Below are positions 27,001 through 42,000 of a DNA stretch of 64,000 nt, piece after piece (position 1 is the stretch's first letter; every line of letters begins with the position of its first letter). The DNA is taken from assembly GCF_964355755.1 (NCBI RefSeq), contig NC_092674.1, forward strand, positions 27,590,001-27,654,000, given 5' to 3'. This DNA comes from Antedon mediterranea (lineage: Eukaryota > Animalia > Echinodermata). Made by a program: the position numbers and the translations under genes. A model generated the notes under the pieces. It saw only the letters and a list, made by a program, of their open reading frames with translations, was not told the origin of the DNA and did no database searches.

Positions 27001-30000
27001 ATCTTTGTGTAATCATCTTACTTTTTTAAAGTTGTATCAATAAGCACCATATTTCACACATCGTGAAATTTCGATCGATACATTCAATTATTACGCGCAC
27101 TTTCGTTGAAAGGCCTTTAATGACTTCAATAATTTGTAGTCATTATATTTCTAAATAAACTATCGCTTTTCTATCGATTTCTGACGTTCGGAAAGTTTGC
27201 AATATCATTAAAGTGATTTTTCCCTTAAAGTTATATAATTGTATTTGTTGCAATGGAATTTGACAAATGGTGTTAAGTTAAAAGCATTTGCCGATTATTG
27301 GAGGACTGTGGATTGTGTGGGATAGTACATAGCGGACGCATGATCTATGGATCATAGATGAAATGACAACTTGCAGTACTTTTTAAAAATGCATCTATTG
27401 CGAGTGAGGTGAAACAGTCCATTTACCGTTGATGCAATGAATATCGATTATGACGGAAAAATGAATAAGTCTAAAAAAGATGTTTTAGCCTTACAGACAA
27501 TATGATATGAAAAAAGGATTTCCCCTTACTTGACCTTCGTAAACTTTGCGATCCATTCATTATATCTCCTCTTTATTGAATATAAATAACCATTTATTAT
27601 TGTCTTGGTAGAATATTAAATGAAAATAGATTTCTAATAATTAAAGTATATTAAACTCCTTAGGCATTTTGGAAGATCTTGATGATGTGCTACCAATGAT
27701 GATGGGCATTTTACTTTTTCTAAGGAAGAGTTATCCGCAGGCGATAATTATTGTCCCACTAACAATTTCCTTATTAAATCAATTCCCTTTCTCTTCATAC
27801 TTAATGTTGTAATCAATAACCTATCAGTTAATAGCTTAATGACGCTAATTAACTACGAACTATTCTGGAAGAAGGCATATTATCTAATGTTATCGACTGA
27901 TTTCCTTACAGAAATATTTCAAAAAAATATTTTTCTAACAACACAGTGCTCCTCGCCTTTTGAACCTAACGTTTTCGATTCTTTCATAAAGAAATGTAAT
28001 GTATTATTCTATGAAAATTCATTTTTCTAACAACATAGCGCTCTTAGTGTTAATTTCTTTCTTTTTTTTTCTTTCTTTTTTTTCTTTCTTTTTTCTTTCT
28101 CTTTCTTTTTCTTTCTTTTTTTCTTTTTCTTTCTTTTTTTTTCTTTCTTTTTCTTTTCTTTCTCTTTCTTTTTCTTTCTTTTTCTTTCTCTTTCTCTTTC
28201 TTTTTCTTTTTCTTTCTTTTTTCTTTTTCTTTCACTTTCTTTTTTTTCTCTTTCTTTTTTTTTCTCTTTCTTTCTCTTTCTCTTTCTTTTTCTTTTTCTT
28301 TCTTTTTTTTCTCTTTCTTTTTTTTTTCTCTTTCTTTTTTTTCTCTTTCTTTCCTTCTCTTTCTTTCTTTCCCCTTTTTTTCTTTCTCTTTCTTTTCTTT
28401 CTTTCTCTTTCTTTTTTTTTCTTTTTTTTTGTTTCTTGCTTTCTTTCTCATTCTTTTTCCTTACCTTCTTCTCTTTTTCTTTATCTCCTTTTCTTTTTTT
28501 TTTATTTCCTTTTATTTTATTTATTTTTTTTTCTTTCTTTTTATTTTAGTCAAATTGTCAATCTTGTTCTGTATAGTTCTACAAAAAACAAGTTTTCCTT
28601 CTCTAACAACATAGTGCTCTTAGTTTTATCTTTCTTCAGTTCTTTTCTTTTTTTTTTCTTTCTTTTTATTTTTAGTTAAATTGTCAATCTTGTTCTGAAT
28701 TCCCAAAACCATGCTGAACTCTATTCATGTGTCTGTCCAAATAAGTTTACTGTCATTTCAACTTATTTACACACGAGTGCATACAAGTTCATGTTAATTT
28801 CATTCGGTATGTACAGCAACTTTACAATATTGATTTCCATGGTAATGTTTCGATTGTATCACACATTTGTTTCATCCTGCCACATACTCTGATGTTTATA
28901 ACTCAAATTTCATGACTCGAGAATAAATATTCAATATAATCATTTTACTCTTTCTGGTTTGTTTTAAGAAACATGTTACTAATGCATATATTTTAAATGT
29001 ATTTTAAAATCCTAATTAATTAGTTAATGTTCAATTTAATTGAAGTTTATACCATGTTAACGTCATTTAAATTTCTAATGTGCATTGTTTGTAATCTCAT
29101 TTTTCATCTTTTTCTGGCATATTGCATAAATGATGAAATGATGAATGGATGTAGTTTTGAAGAAGTGACATGCGCAATTGGACTTAATCCTGGATACAAT
29201 AAGGAACAAAAACTAATCTGCCCCTAAAGAATTAAAAAATTCAAAATTATACTCAAAATAGCACTCCTAACATATTCGTCTTTAAATAGCAATTTGTTTC
29301 TTGCTTTTGTAATTCCATCCTAATCTCTATAATTTCGTCATCAGAATACTCACTAAAAAGCTAAAAATATATCCAACAATTTGGCGCCAACGAAGTAATT
29401 TCGACGTAGCAAACGGCTTACGACGTAGTTTTACATTTTAACGGAAATTGGAGTAAACGAAATATAAACACTATTTCTTGTTGTCACATTTATGTGAATT
29501 GTTTTGCTAGAGTGGGTTCTATTACTAATTCAAAATGGATGAATGAACGCATTTGAATTGTTAATAATTTAACTTTCTGATCGTGACAAGCGACTAAACC
29601 CAGTCTAAGATAAAGACTGAATTTGATAGGAAAATCGGACAACAAACAAATTAATCGTGATGTTGGATTTGAAGCACGTTAAGTACTGTACGCAAATGCA
29701 TAAATCAACAGCCATGTCATGCTTGTCATCCGTAGTTACTGCGCATGAGCATAAGATCTACTACAAAGCATTCATTTAAAACACTATTTTCTAATGTAAC
29801 TAATAAAGTGCTTAAGTATTTAGAATTTTAGAACTTGAATTGTTATATATCCCTGCTGCGCATGTCTGGACTAAATTTGATTTACTAGTATGGTTATATT
29901 GAAACTACTGCGAAAACGATTTCCATTTTTATTCAGATGTTGAAAATGTTAAAAGTGTCAAACGAATTGCTCGGGGTTGGTAATGCAATATTCCTCGCCT

Positions 30001-33000
30001 ATATGTATTATAGATTTAAACCTTTTATATTTTTTTTAAACATCCTATGACATGACCATATTTAGTAATAATAGGGTTATTTTGTAGTAATGTGACGTCA
30101 TATTTCCAATAACTGCCTGTTTAATTTGTGTAGTTGTTGAAATAAAAGTCATGAGGAAAATTCGTTCGATTTTAATAGTAAAAATTGTCAATAGACATCG
30201 ACCTTTGGGCTTAATGTGTTCATGTTGGCATGTTTCGTGTATTACTATTAAATCGACATGCGCACAAATGTGAAATGTTGAGGTGCAAAGGTAATAAAAA
30301 ACGTACATATAGCGAAATCAAAAGCAATGGATCATCCGAACTGTCGCTTTTGATTGGTCAAATTATTTGTGCGATGTCCTAGTGGAGAGCAAGCTTAGAT
30401 GTATCAAACCTGACTCCTAAAAAAAGAGGCTAAAGATTCCCTGGACTCTAGCATCTTTAATTCAAACCGTTGTCAGAAGTTGGTTATTTTGTCGATAGTT
30501 TTCTAGTGTGATTTCTTTAGTTTTATGCTGATAAAACAATCATAATTCAATTTTAAGTCTAATTCAATACACCGATATTTATATTTACCTTTGTAATGAA
30601 AAAATATCATTGACAGAATAAGATGCCACGTGATCTAATTACTGAAATCCAATATGATCTATTATGGAGTAATTATGTAATACATATAAGTTACAAAATG
30701 TTAATGGGGTAGCGAGTATCACAGTGATGCCCAATCAACCCTGTGACTTTTTCGACAAAACAAAACGATGTCGAGTTAAGCTTTGCCGACGCGTGTTTTA
30801 AATTTAATCCTGTTACAGTGTTTTGTTACGAGTTAGAGTAAACTTGTATTTCTGCGCATGCGTAAGAAGTAAAACGGTAACTAGTTCATGCTTTATTAAT
30901 GTCATGTCTGTGAAATATGACACCACAGTGTTTCAAAACTATAATAACATAATAAATATTCATACATTTAATCATCCAAATTGTGAAAGTATCATGACGT
31001 ATATAATAATGATAAGAAGATAATATTTGACTTACCTCCGAAGATTCTTGATTTCCTTTTGTACTGGGTCGTGTTCTTAAAAGATACGGAAAGTTTATAT
31101 GTGCGATGATCGAGTTAAAATTAACCGGGTCAAGAGCTGGTTGTAGAAAGGTCACACATTCACTCATGTTCAAATTTTTTGTTTCACTTCCTTGCGTTAA
31201 AAATCTTAGAACAGAGTGTCCGGCTTGTATAATAGTTAAACTCCGGTCAAAAACAACATGAAACGGAAACGATTTACAGAAGGTCGGTATTTTCACTCTG
31301 GATTCTCCACTAGCGGTTGAGAGGTTGTGCTTTCCTCCAATGAGATCGATCGATTTGTGATCGGATAACGGATGGATAGAGTAAATGCCAGGAGAGCCAT
31401 TTTCTGAGTTCGTTCTTGTTACGTCGACATATGTATTGAAAAGTAGATAAGAAATCATTTTTAGCTGGCCCACCATACTATCTCGTAGAAGTTCGCTGTC
31501 CGAATAAAAGTATAAACGTAACGAATCCGGCTGACGTGAACATCGAAAATACGATAACTGAATGAATAAAGGGAAAACATTATTACATTTTGTCCAAGTA
31601 CTCTCACTTGCACTGATGAAGGGCTAGTGTTGCCCGAAAGCTCTGTTAATTTTTCTGGCTGTTTTACTTTAGTTTTTACGTTTTGATTTAACTTTTTGCT
31701 TATTTTATGTTCTCCATTGAGATCCAGCCACTGATACCCACAGCATTGTAATATTTTCAGTAATTTAATAATAATAATTTATATAATAATAATAATATAA
31801 TAATTTTAATAAATAGTAATTTGGATTTAAAATTAATAAATTGTATTTTTTTTATCTGCGATTTGAGGAAATGTTTGAAAGGATGGTGAAATTGTCGAAA
31901 GCCGTTTAAAAAAAAAGATACATGATATGTATTTGTAGTTATTTCTAGTGATTGATAAGTATGAAAGGAAGAATCTAGATATCAATAAATAACCACTAAA
32001 TTAGGGTGTCGTAAAAATAAGTAAAGACATTTATTATACTTACTTTTTCTTGTCTAATGTTTCCACACTCTTTTACGTATTGCTGCAGTCCATCTAAATT
32101 ACTGTAAAAATCGAACAAAGTTCCTCCGATTGTACCTAAGTCGCGGCGGTGTTTTTCAAAACACAGACAAAAAAATTCTTCTCCAAAACGCTCAATTAAA
32201 ACAGGGTACTCAACACCTGTGGAATAGAGATAAAGATTGTTAATGCTGGTTTATCTTTTTTGAAGAAGAAAAGAAGAAATTTTAAATTTTACAATTTCTG
32301 TATGTTTTTTGCTTTTCCTCGCACCATTTTATTACTTATAATACCGTAATATAAATACATATCATGTTTTGTGTATAAATGTATAATAATAATAATAAAA
32401 ATAATGTAATAAATATGAATAAATGATAATGTTATAACATTGTATTACTTAATAGGATGTCTCTGTACAGCGTTAGCATCGTCATAATCGCTTGAAGATT
32501 AACAAATTAATTAAAAGTTTTAAAAATAGACAAGAAATATTTCTTGCCGCTCGACTTTTTGACGTAACAGTTTAATTGATTCTTCATTAAATGATGTTGT
32601 TTTGATTTGATTGAGCATGCTCAGTCCGAGTTTCCAAATATCCATTTTGTTTAGCCGTAATAAACAAAAAGCTAGTACTGTTTCCTAATGATTCCGTTCT
32701 CTTGGATATAACTGCCTAAAGGACCGGCGCGAAAAGTATGCCTACAAAATGAACACACGATTTTAAAAAGAATCGAGTTTAAATCTCGCAATCTAAAAAT
32801 AGGCCGGTTGGCTTGATAAGTTGAAGTATTACCAATTCAATCAAGTTGATTAAATGATCAGTCTGTAAATTAAAATACAGTTCCTTTCAAAATTAAACAT
32901 GCACTACTTAATTACTGACATCTACCAGTACGCTTTAAACATATACCGTAATTAATGAATGTATCACCATTAGTATTCTTCATCTATTCTATTCATTGAC

Positions 33001-36000
33001 TTCCGCACGAAAGTAACCAAACCTAATAAGGTTCTGTCACGTGATTATTAATTGAAAATAGCGTGTCGCGTTTTCATTAAGATACATGTAATTATTTGTC
33101 AAATTGATTGTATCAAGTCTTAATTAATGACGGCACACTGTCACCTTTGCAGTTCAAGTAACCATATCTCAATAAGACCATTCTCTACTGATTTCAATGA
33201 TTAAAGATTGTGATGAGTTACAATGTTGATTGCTCGCATTCTGTCCGTTTGTGTTTGGTTTTAATCTCATCGGCGTACTATACCAGATTAAATTGTTGCA
33301 GTGTTGACAAGTTTTATTCCGCTCTCAACGATATTACATTTTACACTTCATTAAAAGAAACATTAAATTGGGGCAAATTATAGATCAGCAATGGCTGGTT
33401 TCCACTATGGCATAACACAAGGACGTACGCGCAATGCAAGGACGTACGCGGAAAGCAATTAGTTTGACCAATCACAAGCGAGAGTTTGGACAATTTTTCG
33501 CTTTGTGATTATTGGACAATCGACTTGTTATGTCCTTACGTTGCGTCCTATTTGGAACCAAGCGTATGCATGGTAGAAATAATATACGGTTCCGTAAGAA
33601 ATCAAATTCATTATTTAATTACCAATAGGCTGGCTATACATACTTACCAAGAGTTACAGAGGCAGCATTTAGTAATCGTCTAAATTCATCTTCACAGAAC
33701 ATTCTATACGCATCGCCGTCTATACTAACGTTATTCATGTGAAGACTGTAGAATAGATTGAAAGTTTTGAAAATTAAATTTGGCAGGTTAAGATGTAATC
33801 GAATACACTTAAATGCCACTTGATATGTGAAGGTGTGTATATAAGTGTGATCGAACCTTTAACTGTCTAAAATAACATTGTAATTATAATCAAATGATAT
33901 AAATACAAGGGAAAGGCAAATAAAACTTAATCGCCTTAATAACAATTTGTAGCTTAAGGTGAAGACACCAATGGGGTTTGAACCCGAGGAGATTCGATAA
34001 AAATATATTGGTATCTATGCTGTGTTATGATGCAGATTAGTGGGCTTATGAGTAAATGTACAGAGAATCTTTCGCTGGTAAACGGTACTATGTAAATTCT
34101 ACTTTCTCATCGGCCTATTATGATCTATTTATAGCACGATAGTGCATGCGATGACATCACTGGATTTATTTTGACAGATGATGAACCGTTTCTAAAACAG
34201 TTCTTTGCTCGACAACTTGTTCCATTGGAATACTGTCCATTTAAAAAGAAGACAACTTCTTGAAATGGCCATAATATCTTGATCTTTGAATTCAATGGGT
34301 ATATGGTTTAATATGTATTTTAATCTACGTTTCTACAATACGACGCGCAGCGCAAGCGAGTTGACCAATCACACGCGGCAGTTGGATGATCCATCGCGTC
34401 GGGATTGGTCAAAGTATGTGCTGCGTCCTATTTGGAAGTAAGCTTATGGGTATGAACGTAGTAACGGTTTAATAATAATATTCAATTCGTTTTTATGTCA
34501 GGTGTTTATACCCGGAATGGGAGCATCGTTCAAATCAACATTCGTTGAAATCCAATGTCCTAAATCAATTTGAAAACATCCCAAAACATCAGGATTAATT
34601 AATTGTCAGATATGACTTATGGAATATCTTGCAATAGTTGGCGATCTGAACATAGAGTTTTGTTGACTTAGCTACAAAAACAATATTTTATCAAAGTGAG
34701 AAATGTTGATGATATTTATGAGTAGCCGTGGGCCAAAGCTGCAATGACAAAAAGTCAACGGTGTAACGCAAAGTGTTGTTTATTTAGAAAGTGCGACGCG
34801 ATGTTCGAAACGGCAAATGCCTCCTGGCAATTAACAATGTTCGTGTTTATGTCTATATTTCTTGGTGTAAAACAATATATGGTTTAATGCTCTGATATTA
34901 TACATTTTCTGAATTTATGACGAGTTCGCGTCATACAACGCGTCAGAAATACTTTTAAAAGTATGGTTGACGCGTATTTGATTTGGTATTTAATTTCAAA
35001 CGGAATGGGTCTTTCCAAATTTATGAGAAAATACTCACCATAGTTCGGGAATTGGATGATGATAGCCCGTATACACTCGACGAAGAACATCGATCATAAA
35101 CTCATTCTACAGATATAAACAAAAGTATTTTAATACACATGTTAAAATATATATAATAAATCTGCAAAAATAATTAAATTTTGATTTAGATTGTATATTT
35201 TATTGATTGATTGACATGGTGTTGATTTTTACTGACGTCATGCTTTTTAAGGTCTAGTTCACACTAGTGGACTGAAAAGAATTGTGGGTTTTTGATTGAC
35301 AATGGAGAAAAGAACATGGATGTAGGAGGAGTGTTGTATTGATTGATAGGTCCGATATAATGCTGAAACAGTTTAAAGTGTTTGGTCAAGATAAGAATTG
35401 AATAATATTGACGGCCAGTGTTTAAATAATCGATCCTCATGATAAACTATCATATATTTAACTATACTATTTAATAGTCTTCAATTTAAAACGACTTTTT
35501 GGCGCGTGCGAACTTAATCTTGTAAACAGTGCATACTTGAGGGTAGAAAAGTGTTACCCCGGTGCTATGTTAATCTGTGCCTTTTTGTTATTGACATTTA
35601 GACGACAAATTATGGGTAGCCCAGACATGAAACTATGAATTCTGACGTGACCAAGGCAGGCGGGTTAAAGGTCGTGGATAATGTAGTTTGAGTTCTGGGA
35701 AATTCACAACACCCCGAATAACATGTCCCCTTTTACCACCAGAGAGCAATCCTTTGGCGATTCTCATAAAACGAATTCAGTAAAATATTCATACTTAAAG
35801 GTCAAGTGTATTGTCAACCGTATCTTTTAGGTTTTAGATTACAAACAGTGAAATCGGCGTGTTTTTTAGGCCTACTTTTTGAAGATGGGCCATTTAGTTA
35901 ATTCTGCACTTTTTCAAACTAATCATTATTAATATTCCATGCTAATGTATAGCCTATCTCAAATGTATCAACTATCATAACATAAGTAGGCCTATAACTG

Positions 36001-39000
36001 TTGATTTTACAGTAACGTTTCATAGAAAACCCCCAATCAGCAAATAGAGGGTTGGGTAGGCTATGCCATTGCTACTACTAACTACACACTAGCAACAGCG
36101 ATGAGCGCAGACGCAATGTACTGATGTATTAATAATATTAATGATCAATACAATGTAATGGTCAATGAGGAGATACTCATAAACTTGCTACGCCCCAACC
36201 ATGTATTATAGAATAACACCAACGACATCTTATTTCACGGTGACCTGGGAGTCAAGCAATTTACCCAACACTTATTGATGCTTAAAATTGTTTGCACTTC
36301 GCAATTCAACAGGTGATCCTCGTGTTTGCATTTTCATCTTCAGGGACCGTAAGTTAATACTGTTCGTCAAACTGTGAACATATTGACCTAGTGATCTTGC
36401 AAACACCAGCATCGAACCATATGAACATTTATAAAGAGTATAGGAATTTATAAGAGCGAATAAAAATGTCTTTTCAACAGGTTCTCGAAATTAAAAACAA
36501 ATAAACTGGGATTGTAATAGTACAGTTGCGTTGTACTTTTAATCTTAGTCATTGAGACCTATGGAAACATGTTTATCAATACTAATGTTATACATGCCAT
36601 CTCTGTGTGAATTACCTAATAATATAATAACAATATATTTATTTATTTTACAACAACGTTGTTTATAAACATAATTTATTAAGCTTGGGAATCTCTTCAA
36701 CATTTTGTATGACTGTATTTTCTGATATTTAGTTTTTTTCCAACTTACCCAGCAGATAAAATTATGCCGAGAACCATCCTTGGAATAATTTTGTTTCATG
36801 AAACCAGATCCTTGCGGGGACCGAGGTTCTCATCAACTCACACAGCAGCTAAGTTTGTACCGAGTACCACCCTTGGAATAATCCCCTTGTTTTTGTTTGG
36901 TTTATGTCATGAGCATCCACCATATTGTAATTCTGAACAATTATGACGACAAATGCACTCCATAAACCGTTGGAATGAAACCAGATCATTGCGGGGACCG
37001 AGGTTCCCATTAAATTAAATAAGTTGCTTTGATAACTTGACATGAGCAAATTCGCTTTACTTTATAGGCCTAACGTTCAACTTCTATGAATGTTGGTCTT
37101 TGTAGCCTACTTTTCGCGCTTTAATCAAGATTCGTTTTGATGGAAAATAACTTGTCACAAGTTTGTCGTCTTTGGAATGCATTCGTATATTTATACACCG
37201 AGCTGTTGGCTTTATGAACAGTCATTTAAATATATAAGAAACGTTTTAGTTTGTAACTGTATATACAATTATGGGATTGGATGCGGCAATAAAACATGTT
37301 ACAATTAAAATAGCTAATGCGTTACGATAGTAAATTTGTGTATGTGTTTGTTGCATAAACATAATGTACAGCTTGATCTGGCATTACAAAACGTAGGATG
37401 ATGAAAGACAAAACGCGTTTGTAACTATATGTTGTCTTTCATGACATCTGGCGCTATGGTATAAGGCCTACCAGCATTTTTGAATTAAAACTCGTTTGTA
37501 ACGATACGTCTCTCATGACATCTGACGGTATGGCATTAAGCCTACCAGCTTTTCTGAAATGGAAACGCGTTTATAACGATAGTTCTCTCATCACCTCACA
37601 TGTATGGTATTAAGCCCACCAGCTTCTGACGGAAACGCGTTTATTCTACATAGTTTATTTATTGTATTGAGAGTGGTCCATCCAGCTGAATCATGATCAT
37701 TATAATGATATGTCTTTTATCATGTGGCTGCATTTGACAATGTAGGCCCAACAGTATCATTTGGCGGAAAACGCGTTTATAACGGATTGCCTATCAGCGT
37801 CAGATCTCGAGTATGTCTTTTATCATGTGGCTGCATTTAATATGTAGGCCCAACAGTATCTGATCTGGCGAAAAACGCGTATATAACGGATTGCCTATCA
37901 GCGTCAGATCCCGAGTATGACGTAATAATAGGCCCATCGGCTACTGATTTATTGGCCTTGCGCTAGCGAGGAGTTACCAAAATATTATTGTGTTTTCTTC
38001 TATGAGATTTATCGTACTCTTGGGCGATGTTTTATTTCTAGCTAGGCTGTCATCATCCTTTCGAATGACAGACGTGTTTCCATCTCCTAGCTAGCTATTA
38101 ACTGCCTAGTTTGCTTTGATTTATATGCCACGATAAATATACCTGCATGGCATTGTTCTTTGGTATTTTGACGACGTGATGATTGCCAATGATGCGCGTA
38201 TATTGCTGTCTTTTACGCGGTTGTGAAATATTTACGTCACGCTTAATCTACCGCAGATTTACGGTAGTTGCGAGTCCACATTTTAGGGGGTTTGGACTCG
38301 TAAGGCGACTCAATGAATCTATCAAGGGTACATGTACAAATTAGTTTGACAAAAAAAGTGTGATGTGCCAAAATATGGTAGTGTTATGGTAAAATATGGT
38401 ATTGTGTTATGACATCATATATTATTGTTCATATATGGGCATATCACATTTTTTTGTCACATAAAGTTTGATAGTGTAGATAAAGGCTTTAGCCGAGATA
38501 TTCCGATTATCAGAAATTGTCGGCAACGCATCACAACTATTAATTACGAATAAGTGTTAGTGAACATTTAGCTATCTGGATATCTGCATCATTAATTTGA
38601 CATCTATAACAATGATTAATGATGGACACTTCGCCTCACGATATCAATTATCATTCTCTTCATCATTCAACGGTGACAGAAGAATTACAGTTAAAATCTG
38701 CAGTCAAAAAATCATATATCTGTCATCAGCATTAGAAATAACTATTGCAAAATGTCTGACTTGGAATCTCTGTTATAATTTACTCGTACGTACCCCTCAC
38801 TGAGGTTACTAATTCTCATTCCATTATTTAAAATAAATTGTCAATGGTTGAGAAGAACTTTGTATCTAAAGTTAATTCAATTATCTTTCGTGAACAATAT
38901 ATATTGATGAATATTCAGCTCTTTAAATGAAAAATTTAATAAAATGAAAAAATAATATTAAAAACATGATGAATAATGGAATCGATTATAATGTAATTAA

Positions 39001-42000
39001 CTTAAAAAAATATCAAAAGAATCGGTCGAAGAACAAATATTATATGGCTTGACTAATTACCATTACAATATAAAAAAACAAAAACAAAAAAACCAAGAAA
39101 CCACGGAGATTTTTAACTTTGATATTTCCATCAACCAAACTGATTTAGTTTTTGCTAAAAGTTAATTCAGTTCTCTCCTATGAGAGATGTTATTTAGTGT
39201 GGCTTATATACGGGCCACAAGATACCATGAACATTAGATAGGTACAATTTACGTGATCTGTATGCACATAAAATAAATCTGGAAAGTGAGAACTACAGTA
39301 CTGCCCAGATTTCAAAATTGTTGAAATAGAAATTCTTTGAATAATTTTTATATGATTTTTTCATCAAACCATGATTAACAGACAGACTGACTGTCGACCG
39401 AATGACCGGTTGATTATGAATGTTGATTGGACACCGTCCTCTTAAAAGTTATATGTTTCATGTCATTCAAAAATGATTACAAATAAATCGAAAGTTCAGG
39501 ATAGAGTTTTAATACGACTGAACTCGCTGTAACACCTTTTCTATTAATTTTTATCAGCATTTCCTTTCATAAATGACATAAAATGAAACAAATGATTAAA
39601 ATAATGCATTTGAGGATGAAATTGCAATTTTGACAATCTATTCTTAGATTGTTTTATTACTAAAGCCTATGTTCCATTAGCCAATATATTTACGCGAATC
39701 CAACATTCATGAGAGCTGATTGGTTACGGATTTGTTGTACGTATCACAGAAAGAAGGTAAACATATTAATACGCATGCGCAGTAGTAATCGCTTTCGGTA
39801 CGCGCGAATAAAGCGGGATTTAGACCTCTATCAAAGTTTAGATGATATGAACCACACCTTTTTATTTATGTGATTGAAATATTCAAAAATATTTTCTAGC
39901 GACGTTAATTTTACATGATACTTATACTTAAATTGATTTTAAAACAAAATATTTCTACGGATTTTATTTATTTCGTCTAGTCGTCAGTGCGACAACTTTC
40001 ATCATAATGCGACAGATTTTACTTTGTGATATCACAATGAAAACCGGTCTTCGTACGCACAGTATACAATATTATATCAGTGAAATTTCACTTTTCTCTG
40101 ATTATATGTTCCCTCTAAATATCATATGCTAATGTTTAATTATGTCAGTTTAATCCTAATTAAAATAAGTATAATGTAGGCCTACAAGTTGATTTTAGAC
40201 TTCCCATCAGCCCTGTCGATTCTCGGTACTGTATGTGTGTCATAGAATAGACAAATCTTATTGATACAATATCACATGTGAAACACATGTTAAGCCATAG
40301 ATACCGTGCTAAGATTTCGACATTGAGTTATTCATTTTGATTGTTATCTAGAGTTCTTAAATACTGGTTTGTTTAAAGTAATTGATAGATAATGATGACC
40401 TGGAAATCCTAATCTTCAGGTCTACCGATCCAAATTGTCCTCAAGAGCTTGGCATTTCAATGCAACTCTTTCTAAAATAATAATAATATCCTGGATTTAT
40501 ATAGCGACTAATGGTGTGAAACCTCTTAGAGCTGAACATTATTACCCCAGTAATATTTTCCTGATCAAACACGTATGCAAACATACTCCCATAATGTAGC
40601 AAAGCGGGTTTCCATTTATACACATGGGTGGAGAGAAGTGAAATGAGTGAAGTATCTTGCCTAAGGATACAAGCAATGCGCCATTGGACACCGCGCCACA
40701 CGCCCTTACAAATCTAATCTGAAACAAAGGCCATGATTATAACACAAGCATTTCTGTATTTGCACGAATGCCGATAAAACTTGAAATAGATTCAGTAGTA
40801 AAGATCGAGTTACATGACTTATAATGAGATGCAGATCTTCATAATATTATCTGACATTTTGTTCTTTTTTTATATAGATGTTGACAGGACCACAATGTAA
40901 AACAGATACACTGTTATCTGATTGTTTTATCCTGTATAAATATATTATTTATTTATTTATTAGATGTTAATCCATTGAATAAGACAAAAGCTTGATTTGC
41001 ATTTAAGATGCTTGACTATCGGTAGGTCTTTTGGCAAAACTAAGTGATCTCTAATTTAACTATTTATATAATAACCTGATTACATAATATTCTGTTTCCG
41101 TTGTTGTGGTGTTGTGTAGTATGATCTTTCAAATAATTGTAATTCTTAACCTAAGTTCTTCTTTCGTTGTTGTGTCATCGCATGGCTGTTCCCATGTAAG
41201 GAAAAGACAATCCTAAAAGACTGGTCTTGACACTCTTCTCAGCTCAGGATTTGAACTTCAATGAGGTTCAATAAGTTATCTTTTAGAAAACTTACTACAT
41301 TTGGTTTATTATGTTTTCTTTCAGAATATTTATTTCTTAAAATACCTTAAACATATTTAAACCGATATTTCAAATTTCTTTGTACAACATTTTGTAATAA
41401 ATATTCTTCTTTCTTTTCCTTCTCCATAGATATATGCTTATACACCCGATTTACAGCTTTCATTAGGTAGACACGTATATAAATGACTCTCAATAGTCCG
41501 TTAAGATCTACCTAATGACAGCTGCAAACTCGTATCTAGATGACTGTCAACAGTCAGTTAAAATTTACCTAATGACAGCTGCAAACTCGTATCTAGATGA
41601 CTGGCAATAGTCAGTTAAGTTCTAACTAATGACAGTTTCAGACTCGTATCTAGATGACTCTCAATAGTCAGTTAAGATCTACCTAATGACAGCTGTAGAC
41701 TCGTATCTAGATGACTCTCAATAGTCAGTTAAGTTCTACCTAATGACAGATGTAGACTCGTATCTAGATGACTCTCAATAGTCAGTTAAGATCTACCTAA
41801 TAACAGCTGTAGACTAGTATCTAGATGACTGTCAATAGTCAGGTAAGATATACCTAATGACAGCTGCAGACTGGTATCTAGATGACTGTCAATAGTCAGT
41901 TAAGATCTACCTAATGACAGATTCAGACTCGTATCTAGATGACAGTCAATAGTCAGTTAAGATCTACCTAATGACAGCTGTAGACTCGTATCTAGATGAC

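Noticed and set aside
27999-28679. 226-aa Phe-rich and 133-aa Lys/Glu/Arg-rich ORFs
   Set aside because: Translations of the polypyrimidine tract inside an sGC intron; no coding signal.
29330-29350. CTGATGA-C-GAAA on the minus strand, resembling a hammerhead core
   Set aside because: No helix II and no supporting helices.
41151-41212. Alternative phase 0-2 candidate for sGC exon 2 ([20 protein letters not shown])
   Set aside because: Weak splice sites and no resemblance to alpha subunits. 35106-35039 has strong sites and family similarity.
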